The translations under genes were made by a program, and so were the position numbers. Below are positions 30,656 through 39,318 of a stretch of DNA of 64,000 bases, piece after piece; the stretch's first letter is position 1, and each line of letters opens with the position of its first letter. Under the pieces are notes generated by a model. The model saw only the letters and a list, made by a program, of their open reading frames with translations, was not told the origin of the DNA and made no database searches. Source of the DNA: an uncultured Gemmatimonadales bacterium (lineage in GTDB: Bacteria > Gemmatimonadota > Gemmatimonadetes > Gemmatimonadales > GWC2-71-9); contig CAWGSK010000012.1 of assembly GCA_963825055.1 (NCBI GenBank), forward strand, positions 544,001 through 608,000, read 5' to 3'.

Positions 30656-30949
30656 TTAGTCGCCGTCCTGCGGGGCGATCTCGATCCGCCGGTAGGCGTC
30701 ACCCTCGGGGAGAACCAGGCCGAAATCACGCGCGGCCTTCGCCATGAGAACCCGCCGTCCCGTCGCCCGCTTGATGCGGGCCTCGAGGTCAATCCGCTGC
30801 GCCTCCAGGTTGCGCGTCTCGACCTCGAGCCGGCGCAGATCCGCGGCGAGCCTCAGTGCGAGCGTCTGCCTCAGGTTCACCGCGGTGGCCACGGCGAGGA
30901 AGAGCCCCAGCCAGGCGAGCAGCCAGTGACGGCCACGCAACTGGATCAC
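30656..30949 (-). CDS. ftsL: Probable cell division protein FtsL
   Basis: About 97 aa with a TM segment, coiled coil and A...GL..P tail; lies between rsmH and ftsI; GTGA overlap with the rsmH stop. Confidence 0.7.
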   Translation of the reverse strand: MIQLRGRHWLLAWLGLFLAVATAVNLRQTLALRLAADLRRLEVETRNLEAQRIDLEARIKRATGRRVLMAKAARDFGLVLPEGDAYRRIEIAPQDGD

Positions 30950-31857
30950 GGCGTGACGCGGAAGATCCGCAGGTGAGCGCTGCGGGCGCGGGGGTTGCGG
31001 GACACTTCGTCCTCCGAGGGAACGACGGGGCGCCGCGGCTCCACGCGTCCGAGCGCATGACCACGGCACGTGCAGACCGGCTGGCGTGGCGGGCAGACGC
31101 AGGCGCGCGCCCACTCCCGGAAGGCGTGTTTCACCAGCCGGTCCTCGCCTGAATGGTAACTGATGACCGCCAGCGTCCCAACGGGCTCGAGCGCGTCGCG
31201 GAAGGCCGGCAGCGCGTGTTCGAGCCCCTCCAGCTCGTCGTTCACCACGATGCGCACCGCCTGAAAGAGGCGGGCGAAGTCCCCCGGCCCGCTGCTGCGG
31301 CCCAGCACCGCCCGGATCGCGTTCACGAGGTCGTCGCTGTCCAGGAAGGGCGCGCGGGCCCGCCGGCGGACGATCTCCCGCGCCAGCGGCCGCGCGCGAC
31401 GCTCGTCGCCATAGTCGGCGAACATCCGCTGGAGCCCGGATTCAGGCTCTTCGTTCAGGACGTCGGCCGCGGTGCGCCCCGACCTGCCCATCCGCATGTC
31501 GAGTGGCGCGCCAGGCCGGAACGTGAAACCGCGCCCCTCCTCATCAATCTGCGGGCTGGAAACGCCGAGATCCATGAGGATGAAGTCGGGCGCAAACCCC
31601 CGGACCGCGGCCAGCGCTTCGTCGTCGGCATACGCGGCCTCCAGCAACGTGATCTCCCGGCCGGTCAGCCGCTCGCGGGCGCGGGCAATCGCGGCAGGAT
31701 CGCGATCAATGCCGAGCACCGTGAATCCCGCCTCCAGCAGGGCGGCGGCGTGCCCGCCGTCGCCAATGGTGGCGTCGACCGCGCGCGTTCCTCCCTCGGC
31801 CGCGGCAAGGACCGCGTCCAGCAGGACGGGAGCGTGATACGGCGACGGATCGGTCAT
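30946..31857 (-). CDS. rsmH: 16S rRNA m4C1402 methyltransferase
   Basis: HAPVLL, DATIGDGGH, DLGVSS, PLDMRM, FQAVRIVVN, SYHSGEDR, NPRARSA. Confidence 0.96.
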   Translation of the reverse strand: MTDPSPYHAPVLLDAVLAAAEGGTRAVDATIGDGGHAAALLEAGFTVLGIDRDPAAIARARERLTGREITLLEAAYADDEALAAVRGFAPDFILMDLGVSSPQIDEEGRGFTFRPGAPLDMRMGRSGRTAADVLNEEPESGLQRMFADYGDERRARPLAREIVRRRARAPFLDSDDLVNAIRAVLGRSSGPGDFARLFQAVRIVVNDELEGLEHALPAFRDALEPVGTLAVISYHSGEDRLVKHAFREWARACVCPPRQPVCTCRGHALGRVEPRRPVVPSEDEVSRNPRARSAHLRIFRVTP

Positions 31858-31880
31858 CGGCCTGTGGACTCAGGGGGGCC

Positions 31881-31914
31881 AAAGGAAACACCCCGCCGGC
31901 GAACCGGCGGGGTG
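31881..31914 (-). terminator. Intrinsic terminator-like hairpin after tRNA-Asp
   Basis: Minus strand CACCCCGCCGG-TTCG-CCGGCGGGGTG (perfect 11-bp stem) followed by an interrupted U-tract TTTCCTTT. Confidence 0.75.
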
Positions 31915-31930
31915 GACATCCTCAAAGGAA

Positions 31931-32005
31931 CGGGGCTGACGGGGCTCGAACCCGCGACCTCCGCAGTGACAGTGCGGCACTCTAACCAAACTGAGCTACA
32001 GCCCC
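31931..32005 (-). tRNA. tRNA-Asp (GTC), CCA not encoded
   Basis: GGGGCTG/CAGCCCC acceptor stem, TAGCTCAGTTTGGTTAGAG D-arm, CCGCA-CTGTCAC-TGCGG anticodon arm, GGTTCGAGCC T-loop. Confidence 0.96.
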
Positions 32006-32018
32006 TGAAGAGCGCCGG

Positions 32019-32047
32019 AATATAGATACCCCACTGCCCCCCTGGAA
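32019..32047 (-). promoter_or_regulatory. Putative sigma70 promoter for tRNA-Asp (possibly also the dcw cluster)
   Basis: TTCCAG (32047-32042), 17 nt, TATATT (32024-32019), then a GC-rich discriminator CCGGCGC, 13 nt upstream of the tRNA. Confidence 0.5.
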
Positions 32048-32052
32048 GTCCC

Positions 32053-33750
32053 CTACTTGCAGTACGCCTTGACCATGGAGTCGGTCCGCTTCACCAGGCT
32101 CCGCAGGTAACCCAGGTACTGGTCCACGAGGTCCGGCTTGACAGCCCGGCCCTTCGTGAGCGCGTCGAGTGACTCGTTCACCAGCGACTGTTCCTGCCGT
32201 GCCATATCGCACGACTTCGCCTTCTCCGTCTCGGGATCCATCTTCGAGACCTGGATGACCGTCGCGAGCCCGAGGACGTAGTTGGCATTCGGGTAGACCC
32301 GCCCCGCGGGATCGGCGAGCTTCAGGGCCTCCCGCGCCAGCATGGCCGCCCCCTCGAGGTCCTGCGGCTCCTGGAGGAGCGGCAGCGCGCCGTTCACCAG
32401 GATGATGGCCGCGTTCTCCTTGTCCTGCGGCGTGCCCCGCTGGCCGACGATCTCGAACAGCGGCAGCGCCTCCTTGACCCGCTTGGCGGTCGCCAGGTTC
32501 TGCGCCGCGGCCAGCGCCGGTGCGACCGTCGTCGTGTCCATCTGCAGCACGCGCTGGGTGACCACGAGCACGCTGTCCAGCTCGCCCGTCAGCGAGTACG
32601 CCGTCAGGAGCTGGCTGTTGAGGTCGACGTTCTGCGGGAACTTCGCGGCACCGGCCCGCGCCCACTTGAGCAGCCGCAGCGTGTCCGGCTGCTGGGCAGC
32701 CGTCACGGTGATCTTCATGTAGAAGGTGCTGTCGACCTTGGTCGAGTCGATCTGGTACGCCTGTTCCAGGGCGTCGACCGCGCAGCCGTAGTTGCTCTCG
32801 AAGATGCAGACATTGCTGAGCAGGTCGTAGTTGTCCGGATTGTACGGGTCGGCTTCGATCGCCTCCTCCACGGCCGCGCGCGCCGCGTCCGTGCGCCCGG
32901 TCTGGATGAAGTACTGGAACGCCTGCTTACGCAGTTCCTCGTTCGTCGGGGCCACCTGGATCATCTTCTGGTACGCCTCGACAACCTTGGCCGTATCGCC
33001 CTTCGCGTCGAACCGCGCGGCGAGCAGGGTCCAGGCCTTCAGGCTGAGCTCGTCACCCTCGACGGTCTTCTGCAGCAGCGCGATCACGGAATCGCCTGAC
33101 GCGTTGTTCTTGATCGCCATCTGAGTCAGGCAGTACCAGGCCAGCCCGTTTTCCGGGTCGGTCTTGAGCGCCTTCTTCGCCGCGTCCGAGGCCTTGTCCG
33201 GCTTCGTGGCGGAGTTGTCGATGCATTCCTTGGCGTCGGACATGGCGTCCAGCGCCGGGTTCAGCGCGTTGGCGGCCTGTTCCCCCAGGGACTGGGGGTT
33301 GGCAGTCGCGCCACTCACCACCACTGTCCGTCCGGCATCATCGTTGAGCCCGGCCAGTCGGGTGGTGAGACGCGTGGCGCCGCTGGTGCGTGCCAGCGTG
33401 GAGGAGACATAGGTCCGGGCCGAGATCGTGCCGGCAAATCTCCGCTGCACGACCGGGCTCAGGATGGCGTCGGGCGGATACCCGAACGTGGCGAGGGCGT
33501 CGTTCATCTGCTCGCGCTTGATCACCTGGAAGTTGCGCCCCCCGATCTTGTCGATCCGCTGCCGCATTGCAGAACCGACCTGCACCGCGGCCAGTGAATC
33601 GCCCGACGCGAAGGCATACGGGTTGGCCACCATGAGCCGCGGGGCGTTATTCACCCGCGTCGTGACCGCCCCCCTCGGAATCTGTGCCATCATGGGACTG
33701 GCGAGGAGCAGCCCCACCGCCGCGAGGACCATCGCACGCGAGTAACGCAT
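32053..33750 (-). CDS. Exported TPR-repeat protein
   Basis: Signal peptide (MRYSRAMVLAAVGLLLASPMMA|Q), many TPR-like helices (ALKTDPENGLAWY, AIEADPYNPDNY), Cys pairs, GGAGG RBS. Confidence 0.8.
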   Translation of the reverse strand: MRYSRAMVLAAVGLLLASPMMAQIPRGAVTTRVNNAPRLMVANPYAFASGDSLAAVQVGSAMRQRIDKIGGRNFQVIKREQMNDALATFGYPPDAILSPVVQRRFAGTISARTYVSSTLARTSGATRLTTRLAGLNDDAGRTVVVSGATANPQSLGEQAANALNPALDAMSDAKECIDNSATKPDKASDAAKKALKTDPENGLAWYCLTQMAIKNNASGDSVIALLQKTVEGDELSLKAWTLLAARFDAKGDTAKVVEAYQKMIQVAPTNEELRKQAFQYFIQTGRTDAARAAVEEAIEADPYNPDNYDLLSNVCIFESNYGCAVDALEQAYQIDSTKVDSTFYMKITVTAAQQPDTLRLLKWARAGAAKFPQNVDLNSQLLTAYSLTGELDSVLVVTQRVLQMDTTTVAPALAAAQNLATAKRVKEALPLFEIVGQRGTPQDKENAAIILVNGALPLLQEPQDLEGAAMLAREALKLADPAGRVYPNANYVLGLATVIQVSKMDPETEKAKSCDMARQEQSLVNESLDALTKGRAVKPDLVDQYLGYLRSLVKRTDSMVKAYCK

Positions 33751-33810
33751 TCCATTACCTCCAGGAGCGTGAACCGTCCGGCCGGCGCCTGCCGCCGGAC
33801 CCGTCTGACA

Positions 33811-33885
33811 TGGGCGAAGAGGGATTCGAACCCCCGACTTCCTGCGTGTAAGGCAGGCGCTCTGAACCAGCTGAGCTATTCGCCC
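33811..33885 (-). tRNA. tRNA-Val (TAC), CCA not encoded
   Basis: GGGCGAA/TTCGCCC acceptor stem, CCTGC-CTTACAC-GCAGG anticodon arm, GGTTCGAATCC T-loop. Confidence 0.96.
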
Positions 33886-33909
33886 CGAGCACCGCTGCCG
33901 AATGTGCCG

Positions 33910-34101
33910 CTAGATCGCAATGCCCAGCGGAAAGAGGACACAATACCCGAGTACCAGTAAGGCAGCCGCAACCGTCGTGCCGCCCCCGGCGAGCAGGACG
34001 TACCCCAGGGCGACGGACGCAACCGCCGCGGCGAGAACCACCAGATTGCGCATGCCGAGTAGGGAACCCGAACCCGGTGCGCTGTCAGAAGATGCGGGCA
34101 T
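33910..34101 (-). CDS. Small two-TM membrane protein (DUF3098-like)
   Basis: NLVVLAAAVASVALGYVLLAGG...AALLVLGYCVLFPLGI; alternative start at 34053. Confidence 0.6.
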   Translation of the reverse strand: MPASSDSAPGSGSLLGMRNLVVLAAAVASVALGYVLLAGGGTTVAAALLVLGYCVLFPLGIAI

Positions 34102-34110
34102 AGACCGGGG

Positions 34111-34140
34111 AGATTAACTCCCCCGCCGCTTCCGGGTCAA
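34111..34140 (-). promoter_or_regulatory. Putative sigma70 promoter for the small membrane protein and tRNA-Val
   Basis: TTGACC (34140-34135), 18 nt, TAATCT (34116-34111). Confidence 0.55.
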
Positions 34141-34229
34141 GCACCGCCCCTGCACGTCTCCTCATGCTGCCGGAAGTGTCCCCTGACGAGGCCACCCGGG
34201 ACACGTCAGCACCCCCCGCCACGAACGCC

Positions 34230-35240
34230 TCAGGGCCCGGGTGCGGAGGGGCCTCCATCACTATGGCCTCCCGCGCCCGGAAGCGCGGTGGGTTCAGTCA
34301 CACCCTCGGGATCGTCAGGTGGCGGCGCGGGCCAGCCACGGTCCAGGGCGGCGCGCCTCGGCCGGTCCATGCGCCGGCGGTTCCAGGCGAGGAACCCGAG
34401 CGCGACGGCAATGACCCCCCACATCCCACCCGCCGCCAGCCAGATGAAGAAGTTGTACCGGCGCCGGAGCCCGCGATGCCATTCGCTTTCGAACTGACCG
34501 GTCGTGAGCCCGGTGGACGCACGGAGCGCCTGGTCGAAGTCCTCGTCGTTTACCAGGCGCGTCATGAACGGCTCGAGTTGTCCACCGGGAATCCGGCGCT
34601 GGATCTCCAGCACGGCCGACATGGCCAGCGCATAGGCGTCCTCCGCCTCGCTGGAGCGGCCACGCAGCCCGGCATCGAGCGTGCGGAAGTCCGGGAGCCG
34701 CCCGCGAAGAACCGTCCATGACAGGCGAGCCGCATCCAGCCGGTCCCACTCCCCGCTCGCCATGCCCGCATAGCCCTCGTCAAACCAGAGCGGCAGCCGG
34801 ACGTGCACCGCGTCGTGCAGCGCGAGGTGGGCCAGTTCGTGGCGCAGCGTCCTCGGGAGTTCGCCGAGATCGGCACGGAGAAGGATCGTCCGGCTTGAGG
34901 GAAAGGCGAGCGCCGCGCCCCACGATGGCGCCCTGCCCTGCGTGAAACGGCGCATCGCCGTCTCGTCCCGCACCACGACGAGTCGAAGGGGGCCCGGGTC
35001 GCGCCGGCCGAGTCCGGGCCAGTCAGCAGGGCGGTCGGCGATTTCGGCCAGGCCGACCGCAAGGGAGGCCTGCGCCTCCGGGGCTACCACCACCACGTTT
35101 CCCACGCGCACGGACCGGTAGCCCGAGTCGGGCTGCTGCGCCCGGACCGGGACCGTGACCGCGAGGAGAGCCGCGGTCAGGCCGAGCCGGAACGCGGCGG
35201 CTCGCCACCACCGGCGACGAGCTCGAGCATTTCCCGACAC
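34230..35240 (-). CDS. Membrane-anchored zinc metallopeptidase (peptidase MA-like/gluzincin)
   Basis: Signal peptide ending VRA|QQ; HELAH followed by LPLWFDEG; C-terminal TM segment followed by a basic RRR stretch; start uncertain. Confidence 0.8.
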   Translation of the reverse strand: MSGNARARRRWWRAAAFRLGLTAALLAVTVPVRAQQPDSGYRSVRVGNVVVVAPEAQASLAVGLAEIADRPADWPGLGRRDPGPLRLVVVRDETAMRRFTQGRAPSWGAALAFPSSRTILLRADLGELPRTLRHELAHLALHDAVHVRLPLWFDEGYAGMASGEWDRLDAARLSWTVLRGRLPDFRTLDAGLRGRSSEAEDAYALAMSAVLEIQRRIPGGQLEPFMTRLVNDEDFDQALRASTGLTTGQFESEWHRGLRRRYNFFIWLAAGGMWGVIAVALGFLAWNRRRMDRPRRAALDRGWPAPPPDDPEGVTEPTALPGAGGHSDGGPSAPGP

Positions 35241-36046
35241 CGTTTGCCCCACGGGTTGAAGCGGTTGGCCTTGGCGCCGTCCTCCCACGCCCGCCGCGCC
35301 TCGTTCCTCGCGCCGGAGAACCAGCGCGCGCGTCCCAGCTCGTACCACGCTTCCACCAGGTTCGGCCCTATCTCCAGTGTCTTACGGAAGAATGCCTCCG
35401 CATCCTCATACATGTCCCGCTCGAGATAGACCAGGCCGAGGTAGAAATGCGCGTAGAGCATGGCTTTCGGATCGTTGTTGAGCCGGATCGCCTTGGACAG
35501 GTGCTCGATGGCCTCACCAAAGATGCCCTTCTTCAGACAGATGTACCCGACGTTGATCCGGGCCAGCGAATTCTCCGGCTCGCGCATGAGCACGCGGGAG
35601 AAAGTTGACAGAGACTCGTCATATTCCTCGTGCAGCATCTGGGCCCAGCCGAGCAGGCTCTGCGCCTGGGTGTCCTCGGGCGCCAGGTCCAGCGCCTTGC
35701 GCAGCGCGTCGATGGCCCCGACGTGATCCCCGAGCGAGATGAGGCTCCAGCCCTTTTCGACAAACGTCGATGCTCCCAGGTGATCGGCGTGCAGTATCGG
35801 GCGGGCGGCGGCGAACTGGGGGCCCGAAGGCCGGTCGCCCCGGCGCGTCTGCTGCTTGTAGCGGTCCACCAGGGTGCGGATCTCCTCCCGCAGTTCGCCC
35901 AGTTCCTGGAGCGCCGTCTCCACTTCCTTGAAGAAACCGATGATGTCGCGCTTGATGGATTCGAGCGCGGCCGGGTCGGGCTCGGCCCCCAGTCGCCTGT
36001 CGAGTTCGGCGTACCGGGAACGGAACGGCTCGAGTGGGGCGCTCAT
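35177..36046 (-). CDS. Cytoplasmic coiled-coil + TPR protein
   Basis: N-terminal amphipathic helices, then about 5 TPRs (ALDLAPEDTQAQSLLG, AHFYLGLVYLE, PNLVEAWYELG); ATGA overlap with cheW. Confidence 0.85.
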   Translation of the reverse strand: MSAPLEPFRSRYAELDRRLGAEPDPAALESIKRDIIGFFKEVETALQELGELREEIRTLVDRYKQQTRRGDRPSGPQFAAARPILHADHLGASTFVEKGWSLISLGDHVGAIDALRKALDLAPEDTQAQSLLGWAQMLHEEYDESLSTFSRVLMREPENSLARINVGYICLKKGIFGEAIEHLSKAIRLNNDPKAMLYAHFYLGLVYLERDMYEDAEAFFRKTLEIGPNLVEAWYELGRARWFSGARNEARRAWEDGAKANRFNPWGKRCREMLELVAGGGEPPRSGSA

Positions 36047-36540
36047 GAGCGCTTCCGGCTCCCGCGCGCGTCGGCGGCCGCGGTGGCCACCCCGGCCAGG
36101 GCGAGCCGTTCCTTAGAACTGAGCAGCCGTCCGGCGTTCAGCATCAGGATGGTGCGCTCGCCGCGACGGACGATGCCCGAGAGGAACTCGGCGGCGAGCC
36201 CCCGCACGATGGGCGGCGGCGGGGTAATGGTGGTGCTGTCGATCCGGAGAACCTCGATCACCTGGTCCACCAGGACCCCGACCCGGTCATCATCCAGCAG
36301 CAGGATCATGATGCGGACCTCCTCGGTGAGGCCGGCGGGGACCTCCAGGCGCTTGCGCAGGTCCACCACTGGCGCAACGCCATCGCCGTAGCCGACGACA
36401 CCCTCCAGGAAATCCGGCGCATGCGGGACGCGGGACGGACGCTCATAGCGGAGAATCCGCTCGAGCTGGAAAATATCGAGTGCGAATTCCTGGTCACCGA
36501 CCCGGAATACCACAATCTGGATTTCGTCGTCAGTCGGCAC
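36043..36540 (-). CDS. cheW: Chemotaxis coupling protein CheW
   Basis: IVVFRVGDQEFALDI, VPHAPDFLEGVV, PVVDLRKRL, VGVLVDQVIEV; GTG start with GGAGG RBS. Confidence 0.9.
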   Translation of the reverse strand: MPTDDEIQIVVFRVGDQEFALDIFQLERILRYERPSRVPHAPDFLEGVVGYGDGVAPVVDLRKRLEVPAGLTEEVRIMILLLDDDRVGVLVDQVIEVLRIDSTTITPPPPIVRGLAAEFLSGIVRRGERTILMLNAGRLLSSKERLALAGVATAAADARGSRKRS

Positions 36541-36979
36541 CACTGGCCTCCACCGGCTGCAACCTGGCCGCGAGCAGTTCGAGATCGAGCACCGGCACGT
36601 AGGCTCCTGCCTGGCCGGCCAGTCCTGCCGCCCACGGCAGCGGGGCGCCCTGTTCCACCGGACGCAGTTCTTCGTGAATGATCGCGACGGCGTCGTCCAC
36701 CTTGAGGCAGAGCACCCGCTCATGCACCCGCATGATCACCCCCATTCCTCCCATCGCCCCGTCTGCATCGTCGTCCCCGGCCGGTCCGAGCAGCCGGGAC
36801 AGGCTGAAGAGCGGGACCAGCCGGTTGCGCGCCGGGACGACCCCGAGCAGCGCCGTCGCGGTCGCCGGCACCGGGAAGTGCTCCGGCACGTCCACTACGG
36901 CTTCGACCGACTCCACCGGGAGCCCGATGCGGCGTCCGCCCGCCACCACGAGCAGGAAGGAGGCGACGCGAGGCGTCAT
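36530..36979 (-). CDS. cheW: CheW-like protein (divergent)
   Basis: [49 protein letters not shown]. Confidence 0.8.
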   Translation of the reverse strand: MTPRVASFLLVVAGGRRIGLPVESVEAVVDVPEHFPVPATATALLGVVPARNRLVPLFSLSRLLGPAGDDDADGAMGGMGVIMRVHERVLCLKVDDAVAIIHEELRPVEQGAPLPWAAGLAGQAGAYVPVLDLELLAARLQPVEASGAD

Positions 36980-38037
36980 GCGACGGCCCGGTAGAGCAGC
37001 CCCGAGACATGCTCGGCGATGCGGCCGAGGGGCAGGACGACGTTCGCGCCGCCGGCCTGGACCGCGGCATTGGGCATTCCGTAAACCGTAGAAGTCGAGC
37101 GATCCTGCGCCACGCCGTAACCCCCCGCGTCGTGAATAGCGCGCAGGCCCGCCGCGCCGTCCCGCCCGAGTCCGGTCAGGACCACACCGATCGCACGGGG
37201 GCCATAAATCCGGCTGATGCTCTCGAAGAGCGGATCGGCGGCGGGGCGGACGCCCCAGATGGACGGTGACTGGTCGAGTGTAATGACGGGGCCGGCGGGG
37301 CCATCACCCACGCGCATATGATAACCGCCCGGGGCGACATAGGCGGTATCCGCCTGCACCACCGTGCCCTCCGACGCCTCCACGACGGCGAGCGCGCTCT
37401 GCGCGGCGAGGCGCGCGGCCAGGCCGCGGGTGAAATCGGGTGGCATGTGCTGCACGATGAGCACCGCAGCCCCGGTGCCGGTGGGCAGGTGCGGCACGAC
37501 GTCGGCCAGCGCGCGCGGCCCCCCGGTGGAGGCGGCGATGGCGACGGCGCGGGTCGCGGCCCCGATGGAACGCGAGGGCCGGGGAGGCGCCTGTGAGGGT
37601 CGGGCGAGGACCGGAAGCCGGCCGATGTCGGCCGCGCGAGCGGCGTCGAGCGCCTCCAGCAGCCGCGGTGCCAGCGCCCGGATGCCCTCCCGGCTCGGGC
37701 GGTTCTCCTTGGCCACGATCTCCACCGCGCCGAGTTCCAGCGCGCGGATCGCGCCCGCGCTGCCCGACCCGGCGTGGGAGCTGAAGACGACGATAGGGGT
37801 GGGGATCTCCGACATGATGTACCCGATCGCGCCCGCCCCGTCCAGCTGGGGCATCTCCAGATCCATCGTGATGAGGTCGGGGTGGTACTGGTGCACCTTC
37901 TGGAGGCCGTCGATTCCGTTCCGCGCGGTGGCCACGACGGCATACCGGCCGGAGTCATTGATGATCTCCGTGAGCATCTGCCGGATGAGCGCACTGTCAT
38001 CCACGATCAGCACCTTCGGCCGCTCATCAGATGACAT
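36976..38037 (-). CDS. cheB: Chemotaxis response-regulator methylesterase CheB
   Basis: REC domain (VDDS, TMDLEMP) plus ASTGGP, VQHMP and LTGLGRDG (Ser/His/Asp triad), VYGMP. Confidence 0.94.
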   Translation of the reverse strand: MSSDERPKVLIVDDSALIRQMLTEIINDSGRYAVVATARNGIDGLQKVHQYHPDLITMDLEMPQLDGAGAIGYIMSEIPTPIVVFSSHAGSGSAGAIRALELGAVEIVAKENRPSREGIRALAPRLLEALDAARAADIGRLPVLARPSQAPPRPSRSIGAATRAVAIAASTGGPRALADVVPHLPTGTGAAVLIVQHMPPDFTRGLAARLAAQSALAVVEASEGTVVQADTAYVAPGGYHMRVGDGPAGPVITLDQSPSIWGVRPAADPLFESISRIYGPRAIGVVLTGLGRDGAAGLRAIHDAGGYGVAQDRSTSTVYGMPNAAVQAGGANVVLPLGRIAEHVSGLLYRAVA

Positions 38038-38506
38038 ACTCGCCCTGTGCCACCGTGCGCACGCGGATCTCTCCGGTGTCGACACTGAACCAGAGAGACC
38101 GGCCCGCGTTGCCACCGACGAGCTCACCGGTGATGGGGATCGCGTGCTGGTTCAGCACGCGGCGGACCGAGACCACGTTGCGTTCTCCCATCTGGATGGA
38201 CCCCGGCGCGCTCAGCAGGGCGAAAAGGCCCGCCCCGCCAATCAGCCGGGCAGTAATGCGACCCGCATCGGCGCCCCGGGCCTGCATGGCCACGACCAGC
38301 GCCGGCACGGCGGTCTCCGGGACCTTGGCCGGGTTATCGCTCCGGGCCAGCGTGCGGGACGGCAGCATGATGTGCGCCAGGCCGCCCACCTTGCCCGCGG
38401 GGTCGTAGAGCGCGATCGCCACGCAGCTGCCGAGGCCCAGGGTGACCAGCGTATCCCCCGCGCCCCCGGTGTTCATGTCGGCCACCCGTACCATGATGTC
38501 GCTCAT
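38027..38506 (-). CDS. cheD: Chemoreceptor glutamine deamidase CheD
   Basis: [36 protein letters not shown]. Confidence 0.92.
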   Translation of the reverse strand: MSDIMVRVADMNTGGAGDTLVTLGLGSCVAIALYDPAGKVGGLAHIMLPSRTLARSDNPAKVPETAVPALVVAMQARGADAGRITARLIGGAGLFALLSAPGSIQMGERNVVSVRRVLNQHAIPITGELVGGNAGRSLWFSVDTGEIRVRTVAQGEYVI

Positions 38507-39318
38507 CCGGCGAGCCGGTAAATGCGTTCACGGACATCCACTATCTCAAAACGTTCACGGATGGGGCCGAGTATGGTTTCCACCTTTCCCAGGACGAGGA
38601 GCCCACCCGGGGCGAGGGCACGGGCGAACCCCTCAAAGATGCGGTCCTGCCCCGCGCGGTCGAAGTAGATGAGCACGTTGCGGCAGATGATCATGTCGTA
38701 GGGCGCCGCAACCGGCGGGTCACGATGCAGGTCGAGCCGGGCGACGCGCACCCGCCGCCGCAGCCGCTCGCTGATCCGGAGCTGCCCGCCATCCGGTTCG
38801 GTGTAGCGCTCGACGAGGGCCGGAGGAGTATCCTTGAAGAGGATCGTGGGATACAGGGCCGCCGCCGCGCGTTCCAGCGAGGCGCGGTCGATGTCAGTTG
38901 CATCCACCGTGACGCCCCCGAGTGCCCCGGGCCGACCGTTGCGTTCCGCGACCTCGGCCACCGCCATGATCAGGGAGTACGGCTCCTCGCCTGAGGCGCA
39001 CCCGGCGCTCCAGAGGCGGATCGGAACCCGCTCGAGCAGGCCGGCGAGCAGGTCGTCGCGGAGCCGGGCCCACAATTCCGGGTTCCGGAAGAAGGTGGTC
39101 ACGTTGATCGTGAGCACGTCGGCCAGCTTCCCGTACTCCGCCGGGTCGCGCTCCAGGACCTTGAGGTAGTCCTCGTAGCTTTCCACACCGTGTGCCCGCA
39201 TCCGGACCGCGATCCGCCGCTGAAGGCAGCGCGGCTTGTAGGACGCCGGGCAGAGCACCCCGTGGTCCGCGATGACTCGCGTGAGCGCCTCGAATCCGGG
39301 ATCCACCGGCGTGCTCAC
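38503..39318 (-). CDS. cheR: Chemotaxis methyltransferase CheR
   Basis: RRIAVRMR, TINVTTFFRN, WSAGCASGEEPYSL, ATDID, CRNVLIYF; GTG start overlaps the upstream stop. Confidence 0.94.
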   Translation of the reverse strand: MSTPVDPGFEALTRVIADHGVLCPASYKPRCLQRRIAVRMRAHGVESYEDYLKVLERDPAEYGKLADVLTINVTTFFRNPELWARLRDDLLAGLLERVPIRLWSAGCASGEEPYSLIMAVAEVAERNGRPGALGGVTVDATDIDRASLERAAAALYPTILFKDTPPALVERYTEPDGGQLRISERLRRRVRVARLDLHRDPPVAAPYDMIICRNVLIYFDRAGQDRIFEGFARALAPGGLLVLGKVETILGPIRERFEIVDVRERIYRLAG

